Source of the DNA: Promethearchaeota archaeon
GTDB lineage: Archaea > Asgardarchaeota > Lokiarchaeia > Sigyniarchaeales > SOKP01
Length of the DNA: 64,000 bases
NCBI GenBank assembly: GCA_016840085.1
Contig: JAEOTA010000055.1
Location: 1-64,000, forward strand
Direction: 5' to 3'
Under the pieces are notes generated by a model that saw only the letters and a program-made list of their open reading frames with translations, was not told the origin of the DNA and did not search any database. The position numbers and the translations under genes were made by a program. Of this stretch, positions 19,286 through 28,985 are shown piece after piece. Within the stretch, counting starts at the first letter, position 1, and the number at the start of each line of letters is the position of its first letter.

Positions 19286-19339
19286 TTTTTTAAGTTGTTG
19301 AATTACCATTTTTGTCCTATTTTATAATACTATTGGATA

Positions 19340-19353
19340 CTTATAAATAAAAA
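19340..19353 (-). promoter_or_regulatory. T-rich promoter motif pointing at the candidate sRNA
   Basis: Minus strand TTTTTATTTATAAG. Confidence 0.5.
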
Positions 19354-19364
19354 TTTTTGTATAG

Positions 19365-19380
19365 TTTTTTTCTTTATAAA
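19365..19380 (+). promoter_or_regulatory. T-rich promoter motif of the membrane-complex operon
   Basis: TTTTTTTCTTTATAAA; spacing favours ATG 19406 as a leaderless start. Confidence 0.65.
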
Positions 19381-19390
19381 GTGAGGGTAT

Positions 19391-21187
19391 ATGTATATTC
19401 TACCTATGACAGAACATGAAAGGTTAGGTGATAGTTCTTTAGATTTAACTAACTTTGAGACCAAAGAAGAAGATAAAGATCCTAAAAATACTGAGACTCC
19501 TTTCAATGCTAGTGCTGCAGTGCGAAAAGGTATTACAACGTTAAAATATGTGGGACCGGTTACTGCTGAACGATTACTTCTACGAGGATTTGACTCGATT
19601 GAGAAGATTGCTCATAGTACGGTGGCTCAAGTATCTGAAGTTGAGGGGATCGGAGAGAAATCAGCTCAGAAGATTATCGAAGCTGCGAAAGCATATAGTA
19701 ATCTTAAGACCCTAAATGAATATTCTACTGTTGATCACTCTGAACTACCTCACTATGAGGATAAAATAGCTGAATATGACGAACAAGAAAAAAACTATGA
19801 AAATAAAGCAGAGGATTTAGAGTATGATATTGAGCCTGTAGACGATATGAAGGAATTTGAACCGTGGTTTGATGATAAGTATAAAATGTCACGCCTAGGA
19901 AAAAGTTATCCTCCTCCTAATAGAGTAAGTTCCACAATAGAACCTGTGGTGCCTACCACTGTTCATGAAGAGAGTAGATCCCATGAAGTTATTGAAGAAG
20001 ATAACCTCACTAAGGGTCAAGAAACGATTAGAGAACTTGTTGGAATTCACTCTGAAAAAATAAAAGCTAATGAAAGGCAGGAGCTTCTTACTCGAGTACA
20101 ATCAGAATTAAAATCCTTAGAATATCAAATCCTTCCTAAATCTGGAACATTATTTACTGCCGTTGATGTAATTGCAGTAAAACAGCTCAAAGTGAGTGAG
20201 ATATTGGGATTATTGCTTATTCTCCCGATCAAGCTTAGTTCCTTCACAGGAACTCTAAAAATATCTCAGAATCATATAGATTATAAGGGTAATGTAAAAA
20301 ATGATGAGCTTTCAATTAAGAAGGTACTCACTACCTATCTTACCAAATTATCTACGATACGTCAAGTTATTGTAAAGGACTTAATGAATTCAGGGCAATT
20401 TTCTTGGATGCTTCAACAATTTTTAAAACTTGATATATCAGTTGAGAAATCAGTTATCTTTAAGAAAGTTTTATTTCGAAATGGTCCATTACAATATAAA
20501 ATATTGCTTGAACCCTTATTAGTATGTCCCAGTACTGTTGGTTTCTTAGATAAAGTTATCCCCTTTGCCTATCATAAATCTAGCAATATTCATATCATCG
20601 GGATATCTCAGCTCTCACAATTATTTGAATTTTTAGAGCGTAAGTATTCTCTCATAGAAGATTTTTCTGACAAAGAGGACTTAGCAGTTGAATATGATAA
20701 TGCACGAGATGATTTTATTGAAAAGATACGCTTTTTTTCTATTCCTATCTTTTGTTTTGGGTTTGTATCTCTGCTGGTCATGCTTTTTCAGGGATTTTTT
20801 CTGCTAGAGTTTATAAAAACACTAGGATATTGTATCATTAGCGTGTATTTAGGTGTCATAACCTTAATATATATTAGATATCTAAGAATTAAATCTACAT
20901 TGTTCGAGAAAGCATCCTTGCCGTATTATAGCCGTACTTTAGATGACTCAACCCTTATTTTAATCAGCGAACAGCTTTCCACGGAACTGATGGCTCAGTT
21001 TTCCTATGAATGTGTTGATGCCACTGTTGAAACTCAAGTTATTTCCCAATTAGAAGAAGCACATGCCGAAGATCTGTATACTAAATCTAAAATCAGAGAA
21101 GTAGTGCATAACGACAAATTTTTTGAGGGACAGTCAGCCAAGAAAGAAAAAATTATTCGAAAATACAGTTCATTTTTAGAGGAGTAG
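19391..21187 (+). CDS. Membrane-anchored (HhH)2 DNA-binding protein
   Basis: LKYVGPVTAERL / VEGIGEKSAQKI HhH pair, acidic linker, VDVIAVK segment, two C-proximal TM helices; likely start 19406. Confidence 0.7.
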   Translation: MYILPMTEHERLGDSSLDLTNFETKEEDKDPKNTETPFNASAAVRKGITTLKYVGPVTAERLLLRGFDSIEKIAHSTVAQVSEVEGIGEKSAQKIIEAAKAYSNLKTLNEYSTVDHSELPHYEDKIAEYDEQEKNYENKAEDLEYDIEPVDDMKEFEPWFDDKYKMSRLGKSYPPPNRVSSTIEPVVPTTVHEESRSHEVIEEDNLTKGQETIRELVGIHSEKIKANERQELLTRVQSELKSLEYQILPKSGTLFTAVDVIAVKQLKVSEILGLLLILPIKLSSFTGTLKISQNHIDYKGNVKNDELSIKKVLTTYLTKLSTIRQVIVKDLMNSGQFSWMLQQFLKLDISVEKSVIFKKVLFRNGPLQYKILLEPLLVCPSTVGFLDKVIPFAYHKSSNIHIIGISQLSQLFEFLERKYSLIEDFSDKEDLAVEYDNARDDFIEKIRFFSIPIFCFGFVSLLVMLFQGFFLLEFIKTLGYCIISVYLGVITLIYIRYLRIKSTLFEKASLPYYSRTLDDSTLILISEQLSTELMAQFSYECVDATVETQVISQLEEAHAEDLYTKSKIREVVHNDKFFEGQSAKKEKIIRKYSSFLEE

Positions 21188-21190
21188 GCT

Positions 21191-21841
21191 ATGACTCAAA
21201 AAGATGCGTTTAAGAAGTGTTTTGTCATAGGGCTTATATTATTCTTAGCATCATTATTCTTGGAATGGTATTCCTTTTACATATATGGTAATTCCCATGA
21301 GCTTATAGTTTCAGGACATTTTACCATGGTCTTCGGATGGTCGATAAAGACAACCCAACCGAACACCCTTGCTAACTTATATAAACAATATGAAATTCCT
21401 GAATCATTTTTCATTGCTATTATTTCAATTGTCATTATTATTATTGCGATGTATGAGGTACTTTTCAGAGATATTGATACGGACAAAAAACGCGAAAATA
21501 TTACAACATCGGCATGGATTATTATCTGTGTATGGGCACTCCTCATACTATATTTTTTTATATTTCCCTTCTTATTTTTTATTCCTAAAGATCTCAGCTT
21601 TCCCTTCGCATATTATGAGGATGTGCAGACTCATTCCTTTCATTTTTGTGCGATCGGTCCTGGTTATATAACACAGATTATTGCATTTATTTTAACTACT
21701 CCTTATGTTGCGTTTCATTATCAAACTATACGACGGTTTGAAAAGGAAGAAAAAACCGTCGAGATGACCATATTGAATGCTCAAGAGCCACTGGATTTAG
21801 ATAAATTACTTGCCGAAGAGGAGGTAAAGTTAAAATCATAA
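21191..21841 (+). CDS. 4-TM membrane protein
   Basis: Four hydrophobic segments; GGAG SD; operonic spacing. Confidence 0.7.
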   Translation: MTQKDAFKKCFVIGLILFLASLFLEWYSFYIYGNSHELIVSGHFTMVFGWSIKTTQPNTLANLYKQYEIPESFFIAIISIVIIIIAMYEVLFRDIDTDKKRENITTSAWIIICVWALLILYFFIFPFLFFIPKDLSFPFAYYEDVQTHSFHFCAIGPGYITQIIAFILTTPYVAFHYQTIRRFEKEEKTVEMTILNAQEPLDLDKLLAEEEVKLKS

Positions 21842-21858
21842 ATCCTACGCTGTTAAGC

Positions 21859-22698
21859 ATGAAGCTGAAAAATTTGATTTTAGCATGCACGCGGACCCGT
21901 AATTACAAGAAATTAGCGGTGGTGGGGATGATTCTTACCAGTAATAAACTCAACGAGTTCGGTATTAAGTTAGGAATGAGACCGTGTAATAAGAATAAAG
22001 GTGAGAAAATTTTTGAGTATATGATGATGATAAATGAGGTATTTTTGAAGAATCTCAAGATCCCGATTTTTCCTGATGAGATCCTCTATTCACTACAAGA
22101 ATGTGAGCAGGTATTTTTAAAAACACGGGGAGAAATTCCGCGTGAATATGTGAAACGAATTTTTGCTAATTATTTCGAATTAACTAAAATAGATATTCCA
22201 AATTTACATGAAAAACTACAATTCGAAGATCTTACTATGACTACTCCAGGTAATTTATTTTCATTTGTATCCTCTATGGCGCAGAAAAAAAGAACTAATG
22301 ACGATTTCCTTCGACCCTTATTATTGCAAAAGATTCAACAACAAGAGACTCAATTGCAAAAAGAATATGCGACAAGAATGGATGTCCATAAATTGGAGTC
22401 AGCAATTCATTTAAAGCATATGAAAGATAATCTTACCAACCATAAAAGTAAGAAAATCACCGTTCAGGGCACTCTCAAGGATAATATTTCTTATCAACGT
22501 TCACAAACCCATATCTTTTCCTATTTCATCTTTGGAGTAGGGCTGTTATTCTTCCTATATGGCGTATTACTGTTATTACAGATGATACTGCAACCCAGTA
22601 CAATAGATATGTTTGGACTGTTAATTCCAATATGCTTTGTGCCTTGTATTGTGCTCTATGTACTCTATAAAAAATATAATAAAGAGGGTGGCAATTAG
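21859..22698 (+). CDS. Protein with a soluble N-terminal domain and two C-terminal TM helices
   Basis: Hydropathy pattern; operonic spacing. Confidence 0.7.
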   Translation: MKLKNLILACTRTRNYKKLAVVGMILTSNKLNEFGIKLGMRPCNKNKGEKIFEYMMMINEVFLKNLKIPIFPDEILYSLQECEQVFLKTRGEIPREYVKRIFANYFELTKIDIPNLHEKLQFEDLTMTTPGNLFSFVSSMAQKKRTNDDFLRPLLLQKIQQQETQLQKEYATRMDVHKLESAIHLKHMKDNLTNHKSKKITVQGTLKDNISYQRSQTHIFSYFIFGVGLLFFLYGVLLLLQMILQPSTIDMFGLLIPICFVPCIVLYVLYKKYNKEGGN

Positions 22699-22701
22699 GA
22701 T

Positions 22702-25700
22702 ATGATAGAAGCTGAATTCTCAAAGAAGAAATATATCATGGAAAAGATACAGGATGATAAAGCGAAAAAGGATTATCTTGATATTTGGAGAACCGTCCCT
22801 CAGCTAAAGGATATTAATATCAGATTTTCGAGTATCAGAGCTTTATCACTTATACTCTTAGTGATATTTATCATGATTATAACATATAGTGCAGGTGTAG
22901 ATCAATTTATTGCGTTTAGCCTAGGAATACTATTCTTACTTTTCTTTATCGTTGCTTTTTATGATCAATGCTATACTTTTGTAAATCTCATTTCATTTGC
23001 CTTTAGAAAATCTTTCACGTTTAATCCTTTTTCCCACATTACTTTTTGGCAGAGAAAAGGAGAGCAATCTACCTTATTTATTACCAATAAAGATGATTTA
23101 ACTCATATTGCCTTACAACTATTTAAAGTAGAAGTCATCCCTGAAAATGTACATGAAACTACCAATACCTATATTAAAGCATTAAGTAATCTTGGAAAAC
23201 TAATACCGTTCACCTATCAGGTTGTTCATATTCCCGTGATTCACTTTGCTAAAGATATTAATCGGCAAGTTCAGTCGGGATCGCAAGAATCCTATAAGAC
23301 CTATATTTATTTTTGTATTCATAGTAGTAATCACGGGTTTCTGAGACAATTTAAAATAGATCTCTTACAAAATAAAATAAATGAATATCAATCCATCTTT
23401 CGAAATTTATTCGCCTCAAATTTTCATCATTTTCAAATCAGATTACTTTCAGGTAATGAGTTAATAAATGGCATCCGGACATTTGTCATGAAAGAAGATA
23501 TTCTTAACAAACCTTCTGAACATCCCCCTAGTACCCACAACAACGCCATAGGAGCATTTAAAATTTTATGTATCGCGTCTATGGTACTTTATATAGATAT
23601 ATTTCTTACTATTTGTGGTCTGTTTTTCTATGTTATTCCCATTAATTTTGGGGTGGTATTTTGTATCATCGGATTATGGTGGCGAGGCTTGTTATTTCAC
23701 AGTTCTCAGATGTTATTTCTTGACAAAACAGAGTGTAAGATTATATATCCCTTTTCAGATATTAGATTTTATTTTTATAACCGAATTCCTAACAGTCTAT
23801 TTCTTCATATCCAGAATCAGATGTTGGTAAATATTAAGATCAATAATTTATATGAGTATCGTCCTTTCCTTATTGCCCATGCAAATAAATTCACTCAATC
23901 TGCAATGATTCAAAAGGTGCCATTTGCCTATACAGTGTGTAATACCCCCATAAACTTGGACCAATTCGAGAAAAAAGAAATCTTTAAGCATCTTAATATT
24001 AAGACGCAGCATTGGTTTGATTATGAACGTAATTATATTTGGGATTATTATTCCAAGGAAAAGATCAGGAGAAAAGCTAAGGAGGTTGTCAAAGAGGGTG
24101 AGAAATGGGCCACTATGCGCTCTGGTATATGGAAGTCCATGCTCACCTTAGCAGTCTCAAATCGTATGTATACAAGACGAGTAAAAGTACGAGATATGCT
24201 TCATTTAGAACTTGAATTGAAGAATAAAAATAGCGCAATCGCCCATGCCTTTGTATCCAGCTTTAATGGGTTACGACTCAAGCCCCTTCAAACACGAAAG
24301 TTGATCTCCGGATATTTATGCTCTACTCTTAAGACTTATACATATCGATTAAGCGGTACACACTTACAATATTTAATATTACAGGGAAAGACCTTAAATA
24401 AGCTGGTTGAAATTGCAGACGACTATAAAAAAGGAGTAGAGACACAAATAGGGGCAGAATTTAATACTCCTTTACATCTGGAAAATTTTATTACTCTCGG
24501 CCATACCATTAATACAGAGATTCTAGAAGCGGAAGTTCCTTTTGGGCTTATGTTAGACCAGCTTAAGCAGCTATTAATCGTAAATGGAGCCTTTAATGAC
24601 AGAGAACATGCGTCCATGAAAATTGTTGCGGAATTAATACAAGCAAAGGTTCCTTCCCTAGTATTTGATTTCTCAGGCAGATGGTCGAAACTGATATCTT
24701 ATTTTGAAGGAACCCAATTCGAAAAAGAGCTGGTATACTTCAAGTTGGGGAGCTCTTTTAGTCTCGATCCCCTTCGATCAGACATCCCTTATGATCTTAA
24801 CAATAGCAAATATCAAGAGTTCTTATTTGACGTGTATGGGTTAGCGTTTGGAAAAAATAAAAGAACTGTTGAAATGTTTAGGAATACCATTTTAAAGAAT
24901 CCTGAAATGGATCTTCCTTCCCTTAATTTAGAGATCAGGACTCAAAGTGATTGGGAGAGACGACCGCCAGATCCTGTCCTAGGATCAATGTTTTCTGATC
25001 TCACTCAAGAGGATTTAACCTTATGCTTGAGTGCCACAACTTCTAAAATAAAAGCGTGTGATTTTATCAAGACAGATAAGACGGTAATCGTAGATCTCTC
25101 GATTACAAACGAGTTTAGGACTCAGTTATTTTTTGCATTCTTAATTCTTTCTAAGATTATTCACTATATTACCGTCAATGGTGAGTATCATCCAAAAATT
25201 ATCATCATGCCTACCATTGATATATTTTTCGATTCTCGATATATAACTACACAATCCCATTATGGAAAGATCGATAAATTCTTAGGGACTTTACAGCAAA
25301 AAGGGTTTGGGTTGATATGTTCGGCAAATCAAGTGCATTCTTTACACCAGAACGTGTGTACCTATTTCCCTAACATTATGGCATTTAAAGCTGTAGATAA
25401 TCGTGATATTATGCTCTTAAAGAATTTAATGAACCTGCAAGAACTGGTAGGAACCGGCTATTATAGTTCCAAACGGAATAATACCTACCAAATTGAGTAT
25501 CTTAAAAATCTTAATAAGTGCAGAGCATTAATTAAAAGAGGAGATATCTTTCAAGTCTTTCCCGTGCTATTAGAATATGAGGATATTATAAAGAAAAGAC
25601 CACTTCCCTATGAAGAGATTATTCCGTTTATGAGGGGGCAGGGGTATGACTTACGGGATGCCGAAAAGAAGCTTATGGAACATGCCCATCAGACTCTTTT

Positions 25701-26487
25701 TGAGATTGATTTGGGCAATTATATGGGTTATCTTGATGAAGTGAGGCACTTCTTAGAAGCTATAAGAAAAATTGAAAGAATAGGGAATGTATATAAGACA
25801 AAATTAAAAGAAGAATTATTGAAATTTATTACCCCAAAGGCTAAACAGAGAGGGGTGAAAAAAGAACATATCACTAAATTGCGTGATATAGTACTCGAAA
25901 TTCTTATTAAACATCGCTATTTGGTAGAAGATCATCCCCGAAAAGCGAGCGGTTCGCAGTCCATCCGTACCTCATATCGTGTTGGAGATCAATATGATAT
26001 TGCGTTGCAAGATTATTTTCAGGCACAGAAAAGACTTCATGGTGACATACACGTGGAGGTCATGGAAAAAGAAGCCGAGATGCCCGCTCCTTTTCAGCAC
26101 AGGAATTTTATTATCCAGAAAGGACGTCTGAAAAGGGCATTGCAGCGGGAATTATCAGATTTCTATCATGAGTTATATTTGATTTGGGAAGCACTGAAAC
26201 TCGGTCAGCACGAAAAAGCATTAAAAATAGAACATGATATAATTAGAAGATATCTTATCAAAGTATATACGCACTTTCATAATATAGACGATCTCGTTAC
26301 AAACAATCAATTGGATACATTTTACAATTTTCTTTGTTCCTTTGAGAACTTTCCCTTTACTAAGAAAGATCTACAAGATCATGCCAACACTTTTCGAATC
26401 ATAACATTCGAAAGGGATGATCCAGAGCAGTTATACTATACCATTAAAAAATTTTTTGAAGATATTCAAATCTTTATTTATAGTTAA
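22702..26487 (+). CDS. Large membrane-anchored VirB4/HerA-like protein with degenerate Walker motifs
   Basis: ITLGHTI...LLIVNG, SLVFDFSGRW, FSLDPL, TVIVDLS, KGFGLICSANQ in HerA/VirB4 order; no GKS/T and no DE. Confidence 0.6.
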   Translation: MIEAEFSKKKYIMEKIQDDKAKKDYLDIWRTVPQLKDINIRFSSIRALSLILLVIFIMIITYSAGVDQFIAFSLGILFLLFFIVAFYDQCYTFVNLISFAFRKSFTFNPFSHITFWQRKGEQSTLFITNKDDLTHIALQLFKVEVIPENVHETTNTYIKALSNLGKLIPFTYQVVHIPVIHFAKDINRQVQSGSQESYKTYIYFCIHSSNHGFLRQFKIDLLQNKINEYQSIFRNLFASNFHHFQIRLLSGNELINGIRTFVMKEDILNKPSEHPPSTHNNAIGAFKILCIASMVLYIDIFLTICGLFFYVIPINFGVVFCIIGLWWRGLLFHSSQMLFLDKTECKIIYPFSDIRFYFYNRIPNSLFLHIQNQMLVNIKINNLYEYRPFLIAHANKFTQSAMIQKVPFAYTVCNTPINLDQFEKKEIFKHLNIKTQHWFDYERNYIWDYYSKEKIRRKAKEVVKEGEKWATMRSGIWKSMLTLAVSNRMYTRRVKVRDMLHLELELKNKNSAIAHAFVSSFNGLRLKPLQTRKLISGYLCSTLKTYTYRLSGTHLQYLILQGKTLNKLVEIADDYKKGVETQIGAEFNTPLHLENFITLGHTINTEILEAEVPFGLMLDQLKQLLIVNGAFNDREHASMKIVAELIQAKVPSLVFDFSGRWSKLISYFEGTQFEKELVYFKLGSSFSLDPLRSDIPYDLNNSKYQEFLFDVYGLAFGKNKRTVEMFRNTILKNPEMDLPSLNLEIRTQSDWERRPPDPVLGSMFSDLTQEDLTLCLSATTSKIKACDFIKTDKTVIVDLSITNEFRTQLFFAFLILSKIIHYITVNGEYHPKIIIMPTIDIFFDSRYITTQSHYGKIDKFLGTLQQKGFGLICSANQVHSLHQNVCTYFPNIMAFKAVDNRDIMLLKNLMNLQELVGTGYYSSKRNNTYQIEYLKNLNKCRALIKRGDIFQVFPVLLEYEDIIKKRPLPYEEIIPFMRGQGYDLRDAEKKLMEHAHQTLFEIDLGNYMGYLDEVRHFLEAIRKIERIGNVYKTKLKEELLKFITPKAKQRGVKKEHITKLRDIVLEILIKHRYLVEDHPRKASGSQSIRTSYRVGDQYDIALQDYFQAQKRLHGDIHVEVMEKEAEMPAPFQHRNFIIQKGRLKRALQRELSDFYHELYLIWEALKLGQHEKALKIEHDIIRRYLIKVYTHFHNIDDLVTNNQLDTFYNFLCSFENFPFTKKDLQDHANTFRIITFERDDPEQLYYTIKKFFEDIQIFIYS

Positions 26488-26499
26488 AGAGGATATAAT

Positions 26500-26865
26500 A
26501 TGGAAAAGCAGAAATCACAAGATGAGATGTTATCTAATTCATTAGAGAAAGTAATTTTTAATAAAGAAGAGTTGGAAAATTTAAAACGGAATATAGATCG
26601 TCTTAGCAAAAGTCAGTGTAAGCCTATCGAATTAAAAAGGCAAATACTGGATTACCGAGCTGATTTATTAGAGAGAATACAACGTGTATTTCAGTTCTAT
26701 CACAATTCTTTTATTACAAAATCAGATAGTAAAGAAAAACAGAAAGTATACACTGAACTTAAAGAAAAAAATGAACTATTGGAAAAAAAAGATAAAATAT
26801 TTGAAGATCTTGGTAAAAAAATCTCTACCATCTGTCAAAAAATAAGAATCCAATTACAGAATTAA
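26500..26865 (+). CDS. Small coiled-coil protein
   Basis: K/E/L-rich heptads; GAGGA SD. Confidence 0.65.
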   Translation: MEKQKSQDEMLSNSLEKVIFNKEELENLKRNIDRLSKSQCKPIELKRQILDYRADLLERIQRVFQFYHNSFITKSDSKEKQKVYTELKEKNELLEKKDKIFEDLGKKISTICQKIRIQLQN

Positions 26866-26957
26866 CTTTTAGCTACTGTTTTTTATGGATAAGATACGGC
26901 TCTCTTAAAAATATTAAGAGTTATTTAAAAGCACAATTACCCATAAAACTCTATCAA

Positions 26958-26975
26958 TTTTTTCATTTAAATATA
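26958..26975 (+). promoter_or_regulatory. T-rich promoter motif
   Basis: TTTTTTCATTTAAATATA, ~48 nt before the ATG at 27023. Confidence 0.55.
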
Positions 26976-27022
26976 CACATCAAATTTTAAGTTAACCATA
27001 GTTATCATTTGAAAATGACAAA

Positions 27023-28959
27023 ATGTTATCACAAGAAACGGTTTCTGACTCTAAAATATCATTAAATGAGTTGTTCCCTACTTACACAAATCAATTCTTA
27101 CAACCCTTTAAAGATATTATTGATCCGAATATCCATGAGGATATGTGCCTTGATTTTAATATAAGTGATAGAAAACATACCCATAAAAAAAGCCCAATTT
27201 TAAGATTAGCACATCCGGAGGATGCCAAAGAAATAACAGGAATTTATAAAGAACTGTACAATGGGACATATCCTTATAAGGAAATGGAAAATGTTCAAGA
27301 AGTTAGAAAGATGATTATGGATCCAACAATACAATGGATAATATATCAAGATCCATCTTATAATATAGCAGGATGCATAACTTTTGTCTTAGATTTTGAG
27401 AACAAACGGGGATATATTCGAGGTTTTATGCTTAGAAAGGAATATCAAGGATATGTTGATATCACTAAAGCTATGATTGGATCTATGATAAGCATGTGCC
27501 ATAAATATAAAGATAAGATTTATACATGGTTTGTTGAAAATCGAACTGCTCATGCAAAATCCCAATATTCAATGTGGGTTTGTGGAATGGCTCCTCTAGG
27601 GTTTTACCCTAATAAGGATATTTTTCTAGGAGAAGTAGAATCCGATTTAATGCAGGTTTTATATGATGAGAGGGCATTACGCCAATATAGATCCCCAAAA
27701 ATTCCTACAATAATTCCTGCTGCGAAAAAGTGTTATTTATACTCTCATGAACGATATTATTTAGGAGAGTATAAAATAAATTCTCCTAAAATTACTCTTG
27801 ATTACAAGAAGATAAAAACTTTACAGTCAAAATTAAAAAGAACTATACAAAAAGATGATTTTGGGTATGAAACTATTACATTTTCATTTGAGAATATAAA
27901 ATCTTCATTTCAATTTCTATATACTCCAACAGTATCAAATTTTGAAAAAACTAGATACAAAGTCGCATCTTTAGAAGAATTATTTGTGTTTGTCCAGGAA
28001 TTTATGAAATGGAAAAAAAAATTAGGAGTTCGTTATTGTGAAGTATTTATCTCAGCTTACCACCCTGCACATCAACAAATTTTTTATGATGTGGGATTGG
28101 TTCCACGAGGTTATGTGCCTAGTTGGATGTTTAATAATAAAGATGGTGTGTTTGAGGATTTTATTCTCTTTAATTGGTATAATGGACAAATTAATGACAA
28201 AATGCAGCTAATCCAAGAAGGATGGGCTCTGCTTAATGTTTTTCAATTTGAGAGTTCACATTCTATAGCTAAGGAAAAAAAATTTTCAACTAATTCTATT
28301 AATAATAGGACCATAGAACTAAAAAGGAAAATTAGATGTGGTTTAACATCGCCTATAGCATTAAAATCATTTTTAATGGGAGGATTATTTTTATACTTAA
28401 CATTGATAGGCGTTAGTATATTGGTTGCTCAACTAGTAGGAGATTTTTCACTTTTAGCCCATACAATCAGTTCTCTTGGTTCAAATCGGATTACTCCTTA
28501 TCCATCTCTTTTTAATGGAGCATGTATAATTGGGGGGTTCAGTACTATTATTTTTAATATCTTATGGTTTAACCAAATATCTTCTTATTTTATCTATTCT
28601 AAAAAGAGATCTTCTATTTTTACTTCTGGTTTTTTAACGGGAATCATTGGAAGTGTATGCTATATATTGGTTGGAATTTTTAGTCTTGATCGAGCAGGGC
28701 CAAACGGGATCATACATGGAATATTTGCAATCTTAGCATTTACAGGATTTGTATCTTCAATTTTTATATCCAGTCATTACCTTGTTTTTTACTCACACCA
28801 GACTCCAAAATTCATCGGAGTAATTGGATTAGTCGGACCTCTGTTTGCTTCATTTTTCAATTGTATTATTATAACCCATTTTTAGAATGGATGCTGTTAT
28901 TTTCCATTCTTACAGCTTTAATTCCTCAATTTTTCTTAGTTAAGATTTCATTAACATAA
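27023..28959 (+). CDS. Tandem GNAT-like domains fused to a DUF998-like membrane domain; frameshift near the 3' end
   Basis: LRLAHPEDAKEI GNAT start; HTISSLG and H..FA..AF DUF998-like motifs; called ORF stops at 28885 but the -1 frame continues PFLEWMLLFSIL... to 28959. Confidence 0.6.
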
Positions 28960-28985
28960 CAATCTTTGGTTCTATTATATTATTT

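Noticed and set aside
1463-26865. Provirus or conjugative element interpretation
   Set aside because: No integrase, relaxase, replication or virion genes, no att repeats seen, and the VirB4/HerA-like protein lacks Walker motifs; cannot be fully excluded beyond the left edge
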